Positions 1 to 8,645 of a stretch of 64,000 bases of DNA are shown here, in pieces. The DNA is from an uncultured delta proteobacterium (GTDB lineage: Bacteria > Myxococcota_A > Polyangia > Fen-1088): contig CAVWIP010000006.1 of the NCBI GenBank assembly GCA_963755125.1, positions 32,001 to 96,000 on the forward strand, written 5' to 3'. Made by a program: the position numbers and the translations under genes. The notes beneath the pieces are model-generated. The model was not told the origin of the DNA and did not search any database. It saw only the letters and a list, made by a program, of their open reading frames with translations. The first letter of the stretch is position 1; every line of letters begins with the position of its first letter.

Positions 1-262
1 CCGGTGCCATCTGGACCAAGATCTGCACGGGAGTGGCGCACTGGCAGCGCGCCTGGTTCAGGTAGGTGGCGGCTTCGGTCTTTGTCAGGTCGACCCACGT
101 GTTCCCGCTTTGTTCCTGCAACGCGAGAGTGAAGTCACTCGTCGTCAGGGAGGTTGTGGTCGAGGTCGTGATGCTGGTCGAGGTCTGGGCAAGGCCTGGG
201 CTTGCCCAAAGAGCTGTGCTCAAGCCAAGCAGGGCCGTACGCAATCGGCGACATAGGGCCAT
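1..262 (-). CDS. Secreted protein, N-terminal part only (runs off the window start)
   Basis: Not in the ORF track. Manual translation from ATG 262 gives MALCRRLRTALLGLSTALWASPGLAQTSTSITTSTTTSLTTSDFTLALQEQ...YLNQARCQCATPVQ, i.e. a signal peptide plus Thr/Ser-rich linker, open to base 1. A sigma54-type motif lies just upstream. Confidence 0.75.
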   Translation of the reverse strand, partial: MALCRRLRTALLGLSTALWASPGLAQTSTSITTSTTTSLTTSDFTLALQEQSGNTWVDLTKTEAATYLNQARCQCATPVQILVQMAP

Positions 263-278
263 GTGTAGCCTTGCTTTC

Positions 279-294
279 TGCAACGACCGTGCCG
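279..294 (-). promoter_or_regulatory. sigma54 (-24/-12) promoter
   Basis: Minus strand CGGCACGGTCGTTGCA = GG-N10-GC, close to the TGGCACG-N4-TTGC consensus, 16 nt upstream of ATG 262. Confidence 0.65.
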
Positions 295-468
295 TCGAGT
301 CCAGGCCGAACTGCCACCTGGCTGCGGGACGGGCTGGCATCCGAGGGCTGGGCGGCGCACTCCGGCTGATCCGCTGGCGCTTCCGTCCACGTGACCGCGC
401 CAATTTGGCAAGAAATCCGCCGAGTGAATGTGAGATGAATCGGGAGCGAATCTGCGTGGCGACTGACA

Positions 469-2733
469 CTATGAGTCTCGGCCGATGGACGCTGCCTCGC
501 CGCGCAGTTGCACCACCAGTTCGGACGGCACCTCGATGTCGCCGTAGCGGGCCTCGGCGTAGGAGTCCGTGAGGCGCGCCAGAGAGTCGGCGGCCGCCAC
601 GCCTTGCTGGCGCACGCGCGCGAGATATTCATGTGGCGTCTCCTCCGGCCGCCGGGCAAAGCCCCGTGCCGCCAAGCGGTCCAGTGTCTTCTGGTAGACG
701 CGGAAGATGGGTGGCTCGCCACGCCGCCGCTGCTGCCCGCTCGCCACCGCTCGGCGCTGCGGAAGTTTGCGCAGCGCAAACACGACCACAATCGCCAGCA
801 AGACCGCGGCACTCGTCAGAACCTGGGATCTGCTGAGCCGATGGTGGGTTCCGCGCGGCGAGAATCGGGGCTGCATCCAGCCGAACTCCCGGCTCAGCCG
901 CCGGGCCAGGAAGAGTTGCTGGCTGGCGCTGTATTCGATGACCCAGCGACTCCAGAACATCTCCACCGCGTCCAAGATCTGGCGGAAGCGGGTCATGCGC
1001 GCGGCCCGACTGGCTGCAGGCGTGGCGTCGACACGCACCCAGCCGCCGCTGCCCAGGTACGCCTCGACCCAGGAATGGGCACGGTTGTCGCGCACGGTGA
1101 TGGCCTGGCGCAGGCTGTTCCACTCGCCGCCCAGAAATCCATTCACGTAGCGCGTGGGCACGCCAGCCAGCCGCAGCAGCATGGCGGCCGCCGAAGCGAA
1201 GTATTCACAGTGGCCAGCCGACTGACGAAACAGAAAGTCTTCCAGTGGGTCCGGGATGCTCTCGTCGCGCTTGAGATCGGTGGTGTACTTGTGCGTGGCT
1301 CGCAGCCACCTGACCACGGCATCGATCTTGGCCGGGGCGTCAGGCTTGTCGCGCGTCAACCGCACAGCCAGCGCCCGCACCTGCGGCGAGAGCGACCGAG
1401 CCGGGCGCAAGTACGGCGTCAAGGCGCCCGGCGCCAGATGGCTTTCCGGCAGCCCTGCTCCGAACCGCGGCGCACTCGCGCGCGAGTAGGCGCGGTAGCG
1501 CGCCCCGGAGAATTCAGGAGCAGCGCCGCGGCGATCGGCCCGGTCGAAAGGACTGACCCGGAACGCGCGCAGCCCGAGTTCCCCCGACCAGCGTGCCTCC
1601 ACGTCGACGGCGGTGAATGCGCCGGGGGGCGGGGCCGGCAATTCGATCGCCACGGGCTGGTCGAGGGCGAAGGCTACGGCGTTCACCAGCGCGACGACTT
1701 CGATGTCCTGCTCGACGGCCCCGTTGATGGTTGCTTTGCGTCCCGGTGGCGGACCGGGCGCCTGTGGGCTGGAAAGCACGTAGGTCCGTCCGTCGTCGCT
1801 GGGGGAATGGTAGAGCGAGATCTGGGTGCGGGTTCTCTCGTCGCGCGAGCGGATCCACTCGCCGTTTTCGTAGGTGTCGTAGACGGTCCCCCGCCAGTAG
1901 AGTGAGGCGATCTCGTCGTCGCGCGCGTCGTCGCTGCGCACCTCGGTGATGCGGGGAACCTGGGCGCGCAAGACCACGGTCTGGTTGTCGAGCGACAGCA
2001 CGCCGTGCATGCCCAGCTTGACCTCGTCGGAGAATCCCGCCACACCCGTCTGGCGCCGCACGCCGCCCAGGATGAACCCCAGCCCCACGCGCGGGATGCC
2101 GGCGAACACCAGGCCGGCTCCGGCGAACACCAGCACGGCCACCAGCCCGGTGGCCAGGAAGAACGGCCCGCCCACCACGCGGCGCGAGTTGAGCACGCGA
2201 GTGACCGTCACCCGTGCTCCCGAGGCGTCGCCGGCGTGCCGGACCAGGTAGTTCTCCTCGATTTCGCGCCGCAGGTGGAAAAGGATCAAGGTCCATGTGG
2301 CCAGCAGGACGTAAAGGAAGAAGCCGACGACGAAGACCGCGCTGGTGGCTTGCCAGGCGGCTGCCAGCATGACCAGAAACGACAGGATGTAGATCTGCAG
2401 GTAGTCGCGATTGCCATGTCGTTGGCACAGCTTGTAGCCGAGCAAGAAGAGCACGAAGTCGAGGAAGGGCGAGAGATCGACGTCGGGGAAACTGCGCGCG
2501 ACCTGCAGCACCGCCAAAGCAAAAAGCGCCACGGTAACCACGTTCAACAGCGGCACGGCCCGATCGAAGAGTGTGCCCAGGCGCGTGTCAGGCTCGACGA
2601 ACCAGGACACGATCGCCGCCAGCGTGATGACGAGCAAGCTCAGCCACGACGCGGTCTCCGATGTCGCCAGCGTGGCGAGCGCCGTACCCGCCAGCAAGTA
2701 CGAGGTGAGCTTGTGCACCAGGCGGAACCTCAC
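469..2733 (-). CDS. TgpA-like membrane transglutaminase-family protein (DUF3488 + transglutaminase core + DUF4129-like C-terminus)
   Basis: Multi-TM N-terminus; catalytic GHCEYFASA, AHSWVE and DATP motifs; C-terminal ETPHEY...Y.EARYG; downstream of DUF58 and MoxR genes. Confidence 0.9.
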   Translation of the reverse strand: MRFRLVHKLTSYLLAGTALATLATSETASWLSLLVITLAAIVSWFVEPDTRLGTLFDRAVPLLNVVTVALFALAVLQVARSFPDVDLSPFLDFVLFLLGYKLCQRHGNRDYLQIYILSFLVMLAAAWQATSAVFVVGFFLYVLLATWTLILFHLRREIEENYLVRHAGDASGARVTVTRVLNSRRVVGGPFFLATGLVAVLVFAGAGLVFAGIPRVGLGFILGGVRRQTGVAGFSDEVKLGMHGVLSLDNQTVVLRAQVPRITEVRSDDARDDEIASLYWRGTVYDTYENGEWIRSRDERTRTQISLYHSPSDDGRTYVLSSPQAPGPPPGRKATINGAVEQDIEVVALVNAVAFALDQPVAIELPAPPPGAFTAVDVEARWSGELGLRAFRVSPFDRADRRGAAPEFSGARYRAYSRASAPRFGAGLPESHLAPGALTPYLRPARSLSPQVRALAVRLTRDKPDAPAKIDAVVRWLRATHKYTTDLKRDESIPDPLEDFLFRQSAGHCEYFASAAAMLLRLAGVPTRYVNGFLGGEWNSLRQAITVRDNRAHSWVEAYLGSGGWVRVDATPAASRAARMTRFRQILDAVEMFWSRWVIEYSASQQLFLARRLSREFGWMQPRFSPRGTHHRLSRSQVLTSAAVLLAIVVVFALRKLPQRRAVASGQQRRRGEPPIFRVYQKTLDRLAARGFARRPEETPHEYLARVRQQGVAAADSLARLTDSYAEARYGDIEVPSELVVQLRGEAASIGRDS

Positions 2734-3845
2734 GACGGTCTGCCTCGGGCGGGCCGGGAAGCTTCCAGTCTTGGCGCCTGCCGACCCTGCAGCACGCGCA
2801 GCACGGCGGCACCACGCAGAGATGCGGGCAGCAGGGTATTCGCCGGTCCCGTCTCGGACGCGGGGCGCATGTCGACCAGCGCGAGGCAGCGCAGGATGTG
2901 CGACGCCTGGACGTTGCCTGCGCCCGGGGCGACAAACGCCTGGCTGGTGGCCAGGCCGACCTGATAGCCTTGCCGGAGCAGCACCAGCGCAGCGGAGGCA
3001 GCCAGCGAGACGGCGGCTTCAAAAGGCGCCGCCGCATCCCCGCCCGGCGCGGGTTCCCTGGGCTGCGCATCGTCGAGAGTCACCACCACCAGGCGTCCCG
3101 TGTTGCCTTCGAACTGGCGCACGAAGCGCCGTCCGCGCCGGGCCGAGGTGCGCCAGTGGATGTCACGCGGATCGTCGCCGGGCCGGAACTCGCGCAAGCT
3201 TTCAAATTCGCCTCGCCGGGTGCGGGTGGTCGATTGCCGGTCATTCATCTCGGCCAGACCCGAGGCCAGCACGGCGTCCATCACTGGCACCAGGGCCGGG
3301 TAGACTAGCAAGTCAGCGGGCGCGTCCAGGTCCAGTGACCGGCGCAGCAGTCCGAACGGAAAGCGCGTGGAGATACGCAGACCCGAGAGCCGGTGAATTC
3401 CGCGGCGGGGTAGGGTGCGACGGTAGGCGGTTTCCTGTTCGCGGCCGGCTGGGACCTTCAGGTAGAAGCAACGCCGATCGACGGGCTTCTCGGCCACCAG
3501 ATCTTCGACTTCCAGCGAGAATGCGGGGATGCGTTTCTTCGCGTTGCGGACCGCGATGCCCACCAGAAAAGGTGTTCCCGCGTGGATGGCGGGAGGCAGG
3601 CGCCGGGTCACCACCATGCGGCGCAGGCACGCTTCGGACAGCACGCCGTTGGCCAGCAGGAGAAACAGCAACATGCCGAAGATGAGGAAGAGCAGGTTGA
3701 TGCCGCCGTTGACCGCAGCGAAGCCGAGGACCAGCGTGGCCCCGATGAACCACTTGCCCTCGCGGGTGAGGCGGAAGCGGCGAGGCGGCCGGAACCAGCG
3801 CCGCCACCGTGTTGACATGGAAACCCTGGAAGGGTTCACCATCAC
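2730..3845 (-). CDS. DUF58 domain protein
   Basis: N-terminal TM pair, RG...L...RISTRFPFGL, LLVYP and GEFESLREFRPGDDPRDIHWRTSAR signatures; overlaps both neighbours. Confidence 0.9.
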   Translation of the reverse strand: MMVNPSRVSMSTRWRRWFRPPRRFRLTREGKWFIGATLVLGFAAVNGGINLLFLIFGMLLFLLLANGVLSEACLRRMVVTRRLPPAIHAGTPFLVGIAVRNAKKRIPAFSLEVEDLVAEKPVDRRCFYLKVPAGREQETAYRRTLPRRGIHRLSGLRISTRFPFGLLRRSLDLDAPADLLVYPALVPVMDAVLASGLAEMNDRQSTTRTRRGEFESLREFRPGDDPRDIHWRTSARRGRRFVRQFEGNTGRLVVVTLDDAQPREPAPGGDAAAPFEAAVSLAASAALVLLRQGYQVGLATSQAFVAPGAGNVQASHILRCLALVDMRPASETGPANTLLPASLRGAAVLRVLQGRQAPRLEASRPARGRPS

Positions 3846-4822
3846 CCCGGGATGGGCAACCGATTGAGCACGTCCATGACCACTCGTTCCGCCTCCTCGC
3901 GCACGCGACCGGTGGAGTCGAGCTGATTAGCCAGGACCAGCCGGTGTGCCAGGGTGGGCAAAGCCAGTTGCTTGAGGTCATCAGGCAGCACGTAGTCGCG
4001 GCCGGCAACCAGCGCCGAGGCGCGCGCGACGTTTCGCCAGGCCAACTCGCCGCGCGGGGAAAGCCCGAGAGCCAGGAACTGCGAGCAGCGGGTCTCACGC
4101 GCGACTTCGACAATGTAGCTGGCCAGTTCGGGCGAGATGCGCACCCGTGCGGCAGCCTCCTGCAATGAGATGACCTCGGAGAGGGAGAGAGCCGGTTGCA
4201 GCTTGGCCAAGGCATCGTCGGTCACGGCCGGCGCTTCCAGGATCAGACCCTTCTCATCCTCCGCCGATGGGTAGTCGATGCGGATGCGAAGGGCAAAGCG
4301 GTCCATCTGCGACTCGGGCAGAGGATAGGTTCCGTAGTGCTCCTCCGAGTTCTGGGTCGCGACGACCATGAAGGGCGGTTCCAAGCGATAGGTGTGCCCA
4401 TCCAGCGAGACTTGGCCGTCGTTCATGGCTTCGAGCAACGCGCTCTGCGTGCGCGGGGTCGTGCGGTTGATCTCGTCGGCCAGCACCACGTTGGCGAACA
4501 GGGGACCCTTGCGAAAGACAAACTGGCCCGAGGCCGTGTCGAGCACCGAGACGCCGAGAATGTCCGAGGGGAGAAGATCGCTGGTGAACTGGATACGATT
4601 GAACGTGCCGCCTATGGAAAAAGCCAAGGCACGGGCCAGGGTGGTCTTGCCCACACCGGGTACGTCCTCGATGAGCAGATGGCCACGCGCCAGCAGGGTC
4701 AGGACCGCATTGCGGATGGCCGCGGGCTTGCCCCGGATGACCTGGGCTATGTTTCGCTCAAGTCGTTGCACCAATTCGGCCGCGGGGCGCTCACGTTCGG
4801 CCGGCACAAGTCGCGTCATCAT
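3842..4822 (-). CDS. moxR: MoxR-family AAA+ ATPase
   Basis: HLLIEDVPGVGKT, RIQFTSDLLPSD, LADEINRTTPRTQSALLEAM, ATQN, PLPESQMDRF. Start placed at 4822 or 4819; the longer track ORF runs through a repeat element. Confidence 0.92.
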   Translation of the reverse strand: MMTRLVPAERERPAAELVQRLERNIAQVIRGKPAAIRNAVLTLLARGHLLIEDVPGVGKTTLARALAFSIGGTFNRIQFTSDLLPSDILGVSVLDTASGQFVFRKGPLFANVVLADEINRTTPRTQSALLEAMNDGQVSLDGHTYRLEPPFMVVATQNSEEHYGTYPLPESQMDRFALRIRIDYPSAEDEKGLILEAPAVTDDALAKLQPALSLSEVISLQEAAARVRISPELASYIVEVARETRCSQFLALGLSPRGELAWRNVARASALVAGRDYVLPDDLKQLALPTLAHRLVLANQLDSTGRVREEAERVVMDVLNRLPIPG

Positions 4823-4876
4823 CCACAATGATACCTCAGTAGGCGGCGCTTCGCTCATGGAGCGCGCGTGCCGGTT

Positions 4877-4941
4877 CCCCTGCGGGGACTTCGGGACCCG
4901 CCACCCACCCTGACCCCGCGCGCTTCGCGCACGCCCTCGCC
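4877..4941. repeat. REP-like interspersed repeat (GCGAAGC family)
   Basis: CCCCTGCGGGGACTTCGGGAC..CCGCCACCC...CCCCGCGCGCTTCGCGC is near-identical to 33850-33916. Confidence 0.8.
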
Positions 4942-4977
4942 GGGGCCGAGGCCGGGCACCGGCGAGGGCCCCGGTTC

Positions 4978-5952
4978 CTAGCCTGCTGCCTTGACGGCTT
5001 TGATCTGAGCGATGAGCGGCGGGACCGTGGACTCCCAGGTCGCGCACAGGCCGTAGTCGGCCACTTGGAAGATGGGCGCTTCGGGATCCTTGTTGATGGC
5101 CACGATCACCTTGCTGCTCTTCATGCCAGCCAGGTGCTGGATGGCACCCGAGATCCCCACCGCGAAGTAGAGTTCCGGCGCGACCACCTTGCCGGTCTGG
5201 CCCACCTGCAGATCGTTGGGCACCATGCCCGCATCGCAGGCTGCGCGGCTGGCACCCAGGGCCCCGCCCAAAAGGTCGGTCAGCTCTTCCAGCACTTTGA
5301 AGTTCGCGGCGTCCTTCAACCCGCGGCCACCGGACACCACCACCTTGGCCTCGGTGAGATCCGGGCGCGCGCTCTTGCTGGCGTGCAGGGCAACGAACTC
5401 GGAGCCGAGCGTATCGATCGAGCCCGGCTCAAGTGGCTCGACGCCGCCCGCACCGGCGACCGGGGCGGCGGGAGGAAACTCGGTCTGACGAACCGTGGCC
5501 ACGACCACGGGGGTCAGCACCTCCACATCGGTCAGCGCATTGCCCGCGTAGCTCGGCCGGCGGAAGGTCTTGGCGCCGGTGACAGCCACGATCTCGCTGG
5601 CCATGCCCGCGCCGAGAAGGCCCGCCACACGCGGCAGAACGTCCTTGCCCGTCGAGGTGGCCGAAGCCACCAGCGCCGCGGCGTCGATCTTCTTGATCGC
5701 TGCCACCAGCACCGGTGCCCAGGTTTCTGCCAGCGGCGCGGCCAGGGCCGCGTTGTCGCAGCAGAGGACCTTGTCCACGTAGCGGGCAACATCCTGAGCC
5801 GCGGCGCCGATCCCAGAACCGATCACGATCCCGACCAGGGGGCCGCCGTTGGCCTGCGCCAGCTTGCGGGCTGCGGAGATCGCCGGCAACGAGGCCGAGC
5901 GCAGGTTGGTTGTGGTTGTTTCCAAGAGAACAAGTGTCGCTGTGCCGGGCAT
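4978..5952 (-). CDS. etfA: Electron transfer flavoprotein alpha subunit
   Basis: [63 protein letters not shown] overlap with etfB. Confidence 0.95.
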   Translation of the reverse strand: MPGTATLVLLETTTTNLRSASLPAISAARKLAQANGGPLVGIVIGSGIGAAAQDVARYVDKVLCCDNAALAAPLAETWAPVLVAAIKKIDAAALVASATSTGKDVLPRVAGLLGAGMASEIVAVTGAKTFRRPSYAGNALTDVEVLTPVVVATVRQTEFPPAAPVAGAGGVEPLEPGSIDTLGSEFVALHASKSARPDLTEAKVVVSGGRGLKDAANFKVLEELTDLLGGALGASRAACDAGMVPNDLQVGQTGKVVAPELYFAVGISGAIQHLAGMKSSKVIVAINKDPEAPIFQVADYGLCATWESTVPPLIAQIKAVKAAG

Positions 5953-6773
5953 CAGATCACCTTCGCTTCGTTGTGTAGCTTTGCAACCAGTTCCTCGACC
6001 GAGGCCACCTTCACTCCGGCCTTGCGCGCGGGCGGTGCCTCGTGGTGCCGGGTCTTGACCAGAATTCCGCCGGCCACGCCGAGAGACTCGACCGCGATCT
6101 CGCGCAGTTCCTTCTTCTTCGCGGCCATGATGCCCTTGAGCGACGCCAACCGTTGGGTGTCTTCCCATTCGGCGGTGGCAGGGGCCAGGGCCTCGTTGCG
6201 GACAGCCTTCTTGCCAATGATGCGCAGATCCACAGTCATGATCGCGGGCAGGCGCACGTGGCGTTCCTCCACGCCCGCATCCACCTCGCGCGTGACGGTC
6301 GCCGTCTTTCCGTCGGCGGCCAAGAGAATACTGGCCAGGAAGGTGGCCTGTGGCCAACCCAGTGCGGCGGCCAGGATCTGGCCCACCTGGTTGTCGTCGC
6401 CGTCCACCGCCTGTTTGCCCATGATCACGAGGTCAGGCTTCTCGGCGTCGACCACAGCACGCAGGATGCGCGCAACCCTGTCAGGGTCCAACTCGCTGTC
6501 ATCACCGGCGATCAGGGTGGCGCGGTTGGCGCCCATGGCCAGCAGCTGCTTGAGCTGGGCTGAGGTGTCCTTGGGCCCGATGCTCACCACTACGACCTCG
6601 CCCATGCGTTCACCGCCTTTGCCCTTCTCGGTGAGGCGCAGGGCGGCTTCGACTGCATACTCGTCGAAGGGATTCACTTGCCAGGTGGTGCCCGCCAGTT
6701 CGACGGAGCCGTTGGCGACTTTGAGCTTGAGGTCAGGGTTGGGAACTCGTTTGCAGGGTACAAGGATCTTCAC
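5952..6773 (-). CDS. etfB: Electron transfer flavoprotein beta subunit
   Basis: GTG start (V/M)KILVPCKRVP; NPFDEYAVEAALRL, GKQAVDGDDNQVGQ, REVDAG, IMAAKKK. Confidence 0.95.
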   Translation of the reverse strand: MKILVPCKRVPNPDLKLKVANGSVELAGTTWQVNPFDEYAVEAALRLTEKGKGGERMGEVVVVSIGPKDTSAQLKQLLAMGANRATLIAGDDSELDPDRVARILRAVVDAEKPDLVIMGKQAVDGDDNQVGQILAAALGWPQATFLASILLAADGKTATVTREVDAGVEERHVRLPAIMTVDLRIIGKKAVRNEALAPATAEWEDTQRLASLKGIMAAKKKELREIAVESLGVAGGILVKTRHHEAPPARKAGVKVASVEELVAKLHNEAKVI

Positions 6774-6802
6774 AAGAGCCTCCTTCGGGACATATGGAAC
6801 AG

Positions 6803-7306
6803 CTAGCTGGTGGCGGACCGCAACGCCCCTTCCAGGCAGGCCAGGATATAGTCGTTGTTGTCCACCAGGTATACGGTGGTGGGCTTGGGTTGTCGGTGGG
6901 CGCGCAACTCGTCGACCATGGCCCGGGCCGCCTCGGCGGGGTCGAGGCCGCCCAGGCCGGTGCCCAGGCCCGGAATGGCAATGACATCGAACCCACGAAG
7001 AGCCGCTGCGATGAGGGCCGCGCGCGCGGCACGGCGGGCGTTCTCGACACCGACCTTGGTGCCGGGCTCCTCCATGGTCGGGGCGTGAATGACGTTCTTG
7101 GCCCACAGTCTGCCAGCAGCCGTTACCACTGCGGCGCCAACCGCTATGGGAGCGAGCGACATAGCCTCCTTCTGGATAGAAGGCCCCCCCTTGCGGGACA
7201 GGGCGCCCGCCACGCCGCCACCCATTATCCCCAATGAATTTGCAGGGTTGACGATGGCGTCGACAGCCATTTCGGTTATGTCGGCCTTGGCGATATGGAT
7301 CTGCAT
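6803..7306 (-). CDS. Macrodomain protein (YmdB-like O-acetyl-ADP-ribose deacetylase / ADP-ribosylhydrolase)
   Basis: DIT..VDAIVNPAN..MGGGVAGA, VIHAP and IAIPGLGTG macrodomain motifs. Confidence 0.92.
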   Translation of the reverse strand: MQIHIAKADITEMAVDAIVNPANSLGIMGGGVAGALSRKGGPSIQKEAMSLAPIAVGAAVVTAAGRLWAKNVIHAPTMEEPGTKVGVENARRAARAALIAAALRGFDVIAIPGLGTGLGGLDPAEAARAMVDELRAHRQPKPTTVYLVDNNDYILACLEGALRSATS

Positions 7307-7392
7307 CGTCCCCTGTGGCGCGCCATGAAATTTTGCGACGGCTCAAGGTAGCATCAAGCTTGCCAATTCTTCAAGGGCCGTTTTCGGGTTGT

Positions 7393-7422
7393 GGGATTCG
7401 GAGCAGGGGCGGGGACGGAGTC
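7393..7422 (+). repeat. GGGATTCGGAG-family arm (left boundary of accessory block 1)
   Basis: GGGATTCGGAGCAGGG is identical to 48571-48586 and matches 41026-41041 at 15/16. Confidence 0.7.
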
Positions 7423-7449
7423 TGTAACGGGGCCTCGTCAGGATGGATC

Positions 7450-7585
7450 TCAGCGTTTCGGGTGGGTCACGCGCCAGAGAGTGGCGACGATCCGGTCAAG
7501 CAGCGCGCGGGCAGGGGCGGCCTGGCGCCGGGGGATGTAACCCTGACTGGTAGCCAGGGCCAAGGCGGTGCGCACCTCGGCCGCG
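7450..7585 (-). pseudogene. 5'-truncated four-helix-bundle (23S rRNA IVP / Avd-like) gene remnant
   Basis: Encodes AAEVRTALALATSQGYIPRRQAAPARALLDRIVATLWRVTHPKR*, resembling the last two helices of four-helix-bundle proteins. The N-terminal half is absent. A second copy lies at 45566-45652. Confidence 0.7.
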
Positions 7586-7686
7586 TGTCGGCCAAGCCAC
7601 GCCGCCCGCCCGGCCTGGTGCCAGGCCCAGCCCATCGCCCGGGTGAGTCCGCCCTCCCAGAGATGTCGCTCGCTTCTATTCATAAG

Positions 7687-8343
7687 CTAGGCTTCATCCT
7701 TCAGTATCGCCTGCCCCTTTGTGAGCCAGGAAATCCCGAAGGCCTCAATAGTTATTGTTTCCAGCCAGAAGACCGGGTTCAGTCCTTTGGGAACAAACGT
7801 TGCCACATCCGGAATGACCATACAAACCACACTCAGCGCCAGGCAAATGCTCATGACATACCCACAAACCTTGTACACCCTGTTTCTGTGCAGTTTTCTC
7901 CCTGTTGGTTCTTGATTGTTGTCGGTACGTGTAAAGAAGACCAGGGAGAAGATGATGAGCGTCAGAAAGAACAAGAAGGCGAACACTTCGTGAATATGCC
8001 CAATGAGGATTGCCGATTTTGAGGTTTCCCCTTCCTGGGCAGTCGGAAAGAGCGATGCGCCGACGGCAAATACACAGGCCAGATCGCCGGCAAGGTCCTC
8101 GCCGCAGTTGTACCCCTTGTATGAGACAAGAAAGAAGCCGATAGCCCACAGCGTGCCGACGAATACGTCGCGCATACCGGTATAATAGTAGTCGCTGATT
8201 GTGGGTTGAATCTTTTCCCCAAAATATACCCAGGCGCCGAAAGAAACCGCAATCGGCAACGCCATGCCCAATATGCCTATGGCCTTCCGCAGAGCCAGAT
8301 ATCCGATAACCAAAGATCTTTGACACGGCAGCCCGTTCGTCAT
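7687..8343 (-). CDS. Integral membrane protein (DUF998-like)
   Basis: About 6 TM segments; LRKAIGILG, ISDYYYT.MRDVFVG, IH..FA, FWLET...AFGISWL.KG; visibly AT-richer than the backbone. Confidence 0.75.
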   Translation of the reverse strand: MTNGLPCQRSLVIGYLALRKAIGILGMALPIAVSFGAWVYFGEKIQPTISDYYYTGMRDVFVGTLWAIGFFLVSYKGYNCGEDLAGDLACVFAVGASLFPTAQEGETSKSAILIGHIHEVFAFLFFLTLIIFSLVFFTRTDNNQEPTGRKLHRNRVYKVCGYVMSICLALSVVCMVIPDVATFVPKGLNPVFWLETITIEAFGISWLTKGQAILKDEA

Positions 8344-8645
8344 GTTCCCCAATCTCCTTTCATTCCTTCCCAAGGTCAACCGACAGCGGCTTCTTCATGA
8401 AGCAGATCTTCCCCTTTTTCCATCATGCCCCCACTGTCAGGGTGTGACACAGCATGAAGGAAAGTGGGCTTGTTTCTCCTTCTGATGGAAGAGGCTGTCA
8501 AGAGACACCATCACCGATCGCCTGACTTCGAGAGGTAGGCATGGACGACGCGTGTCTTGCGTTCAACCGGCGCCCGAAGATATCATCCCGTCCTGGGTTT
8601 CGCGGACGTAACTTCGAGTGACCTGAGTCTGGAGTGGTACGCCAA

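Noticed and set aside
469..4822. MoxR-DUF58-transglutaminase cluster as a novel system
   Set aside because: A well-known, widespread gene arrangement.
508..6984. Long plus-strand ORFs (508-1905, 2573-3685, 5065-6984)
   Set aside because: Antisense shadows of well-supported minus-strand genes, expected in high-GC DNA; no recognisable motifs.
7450..7683. Intact 77-aa gene, or DGR avd gene
   Set aside because: Only the C-terminal ~44 aa resemble the family. No reverse transcriptase and no template/variable repeat pair with adenine-specific differences is visible, so no DGR is called.
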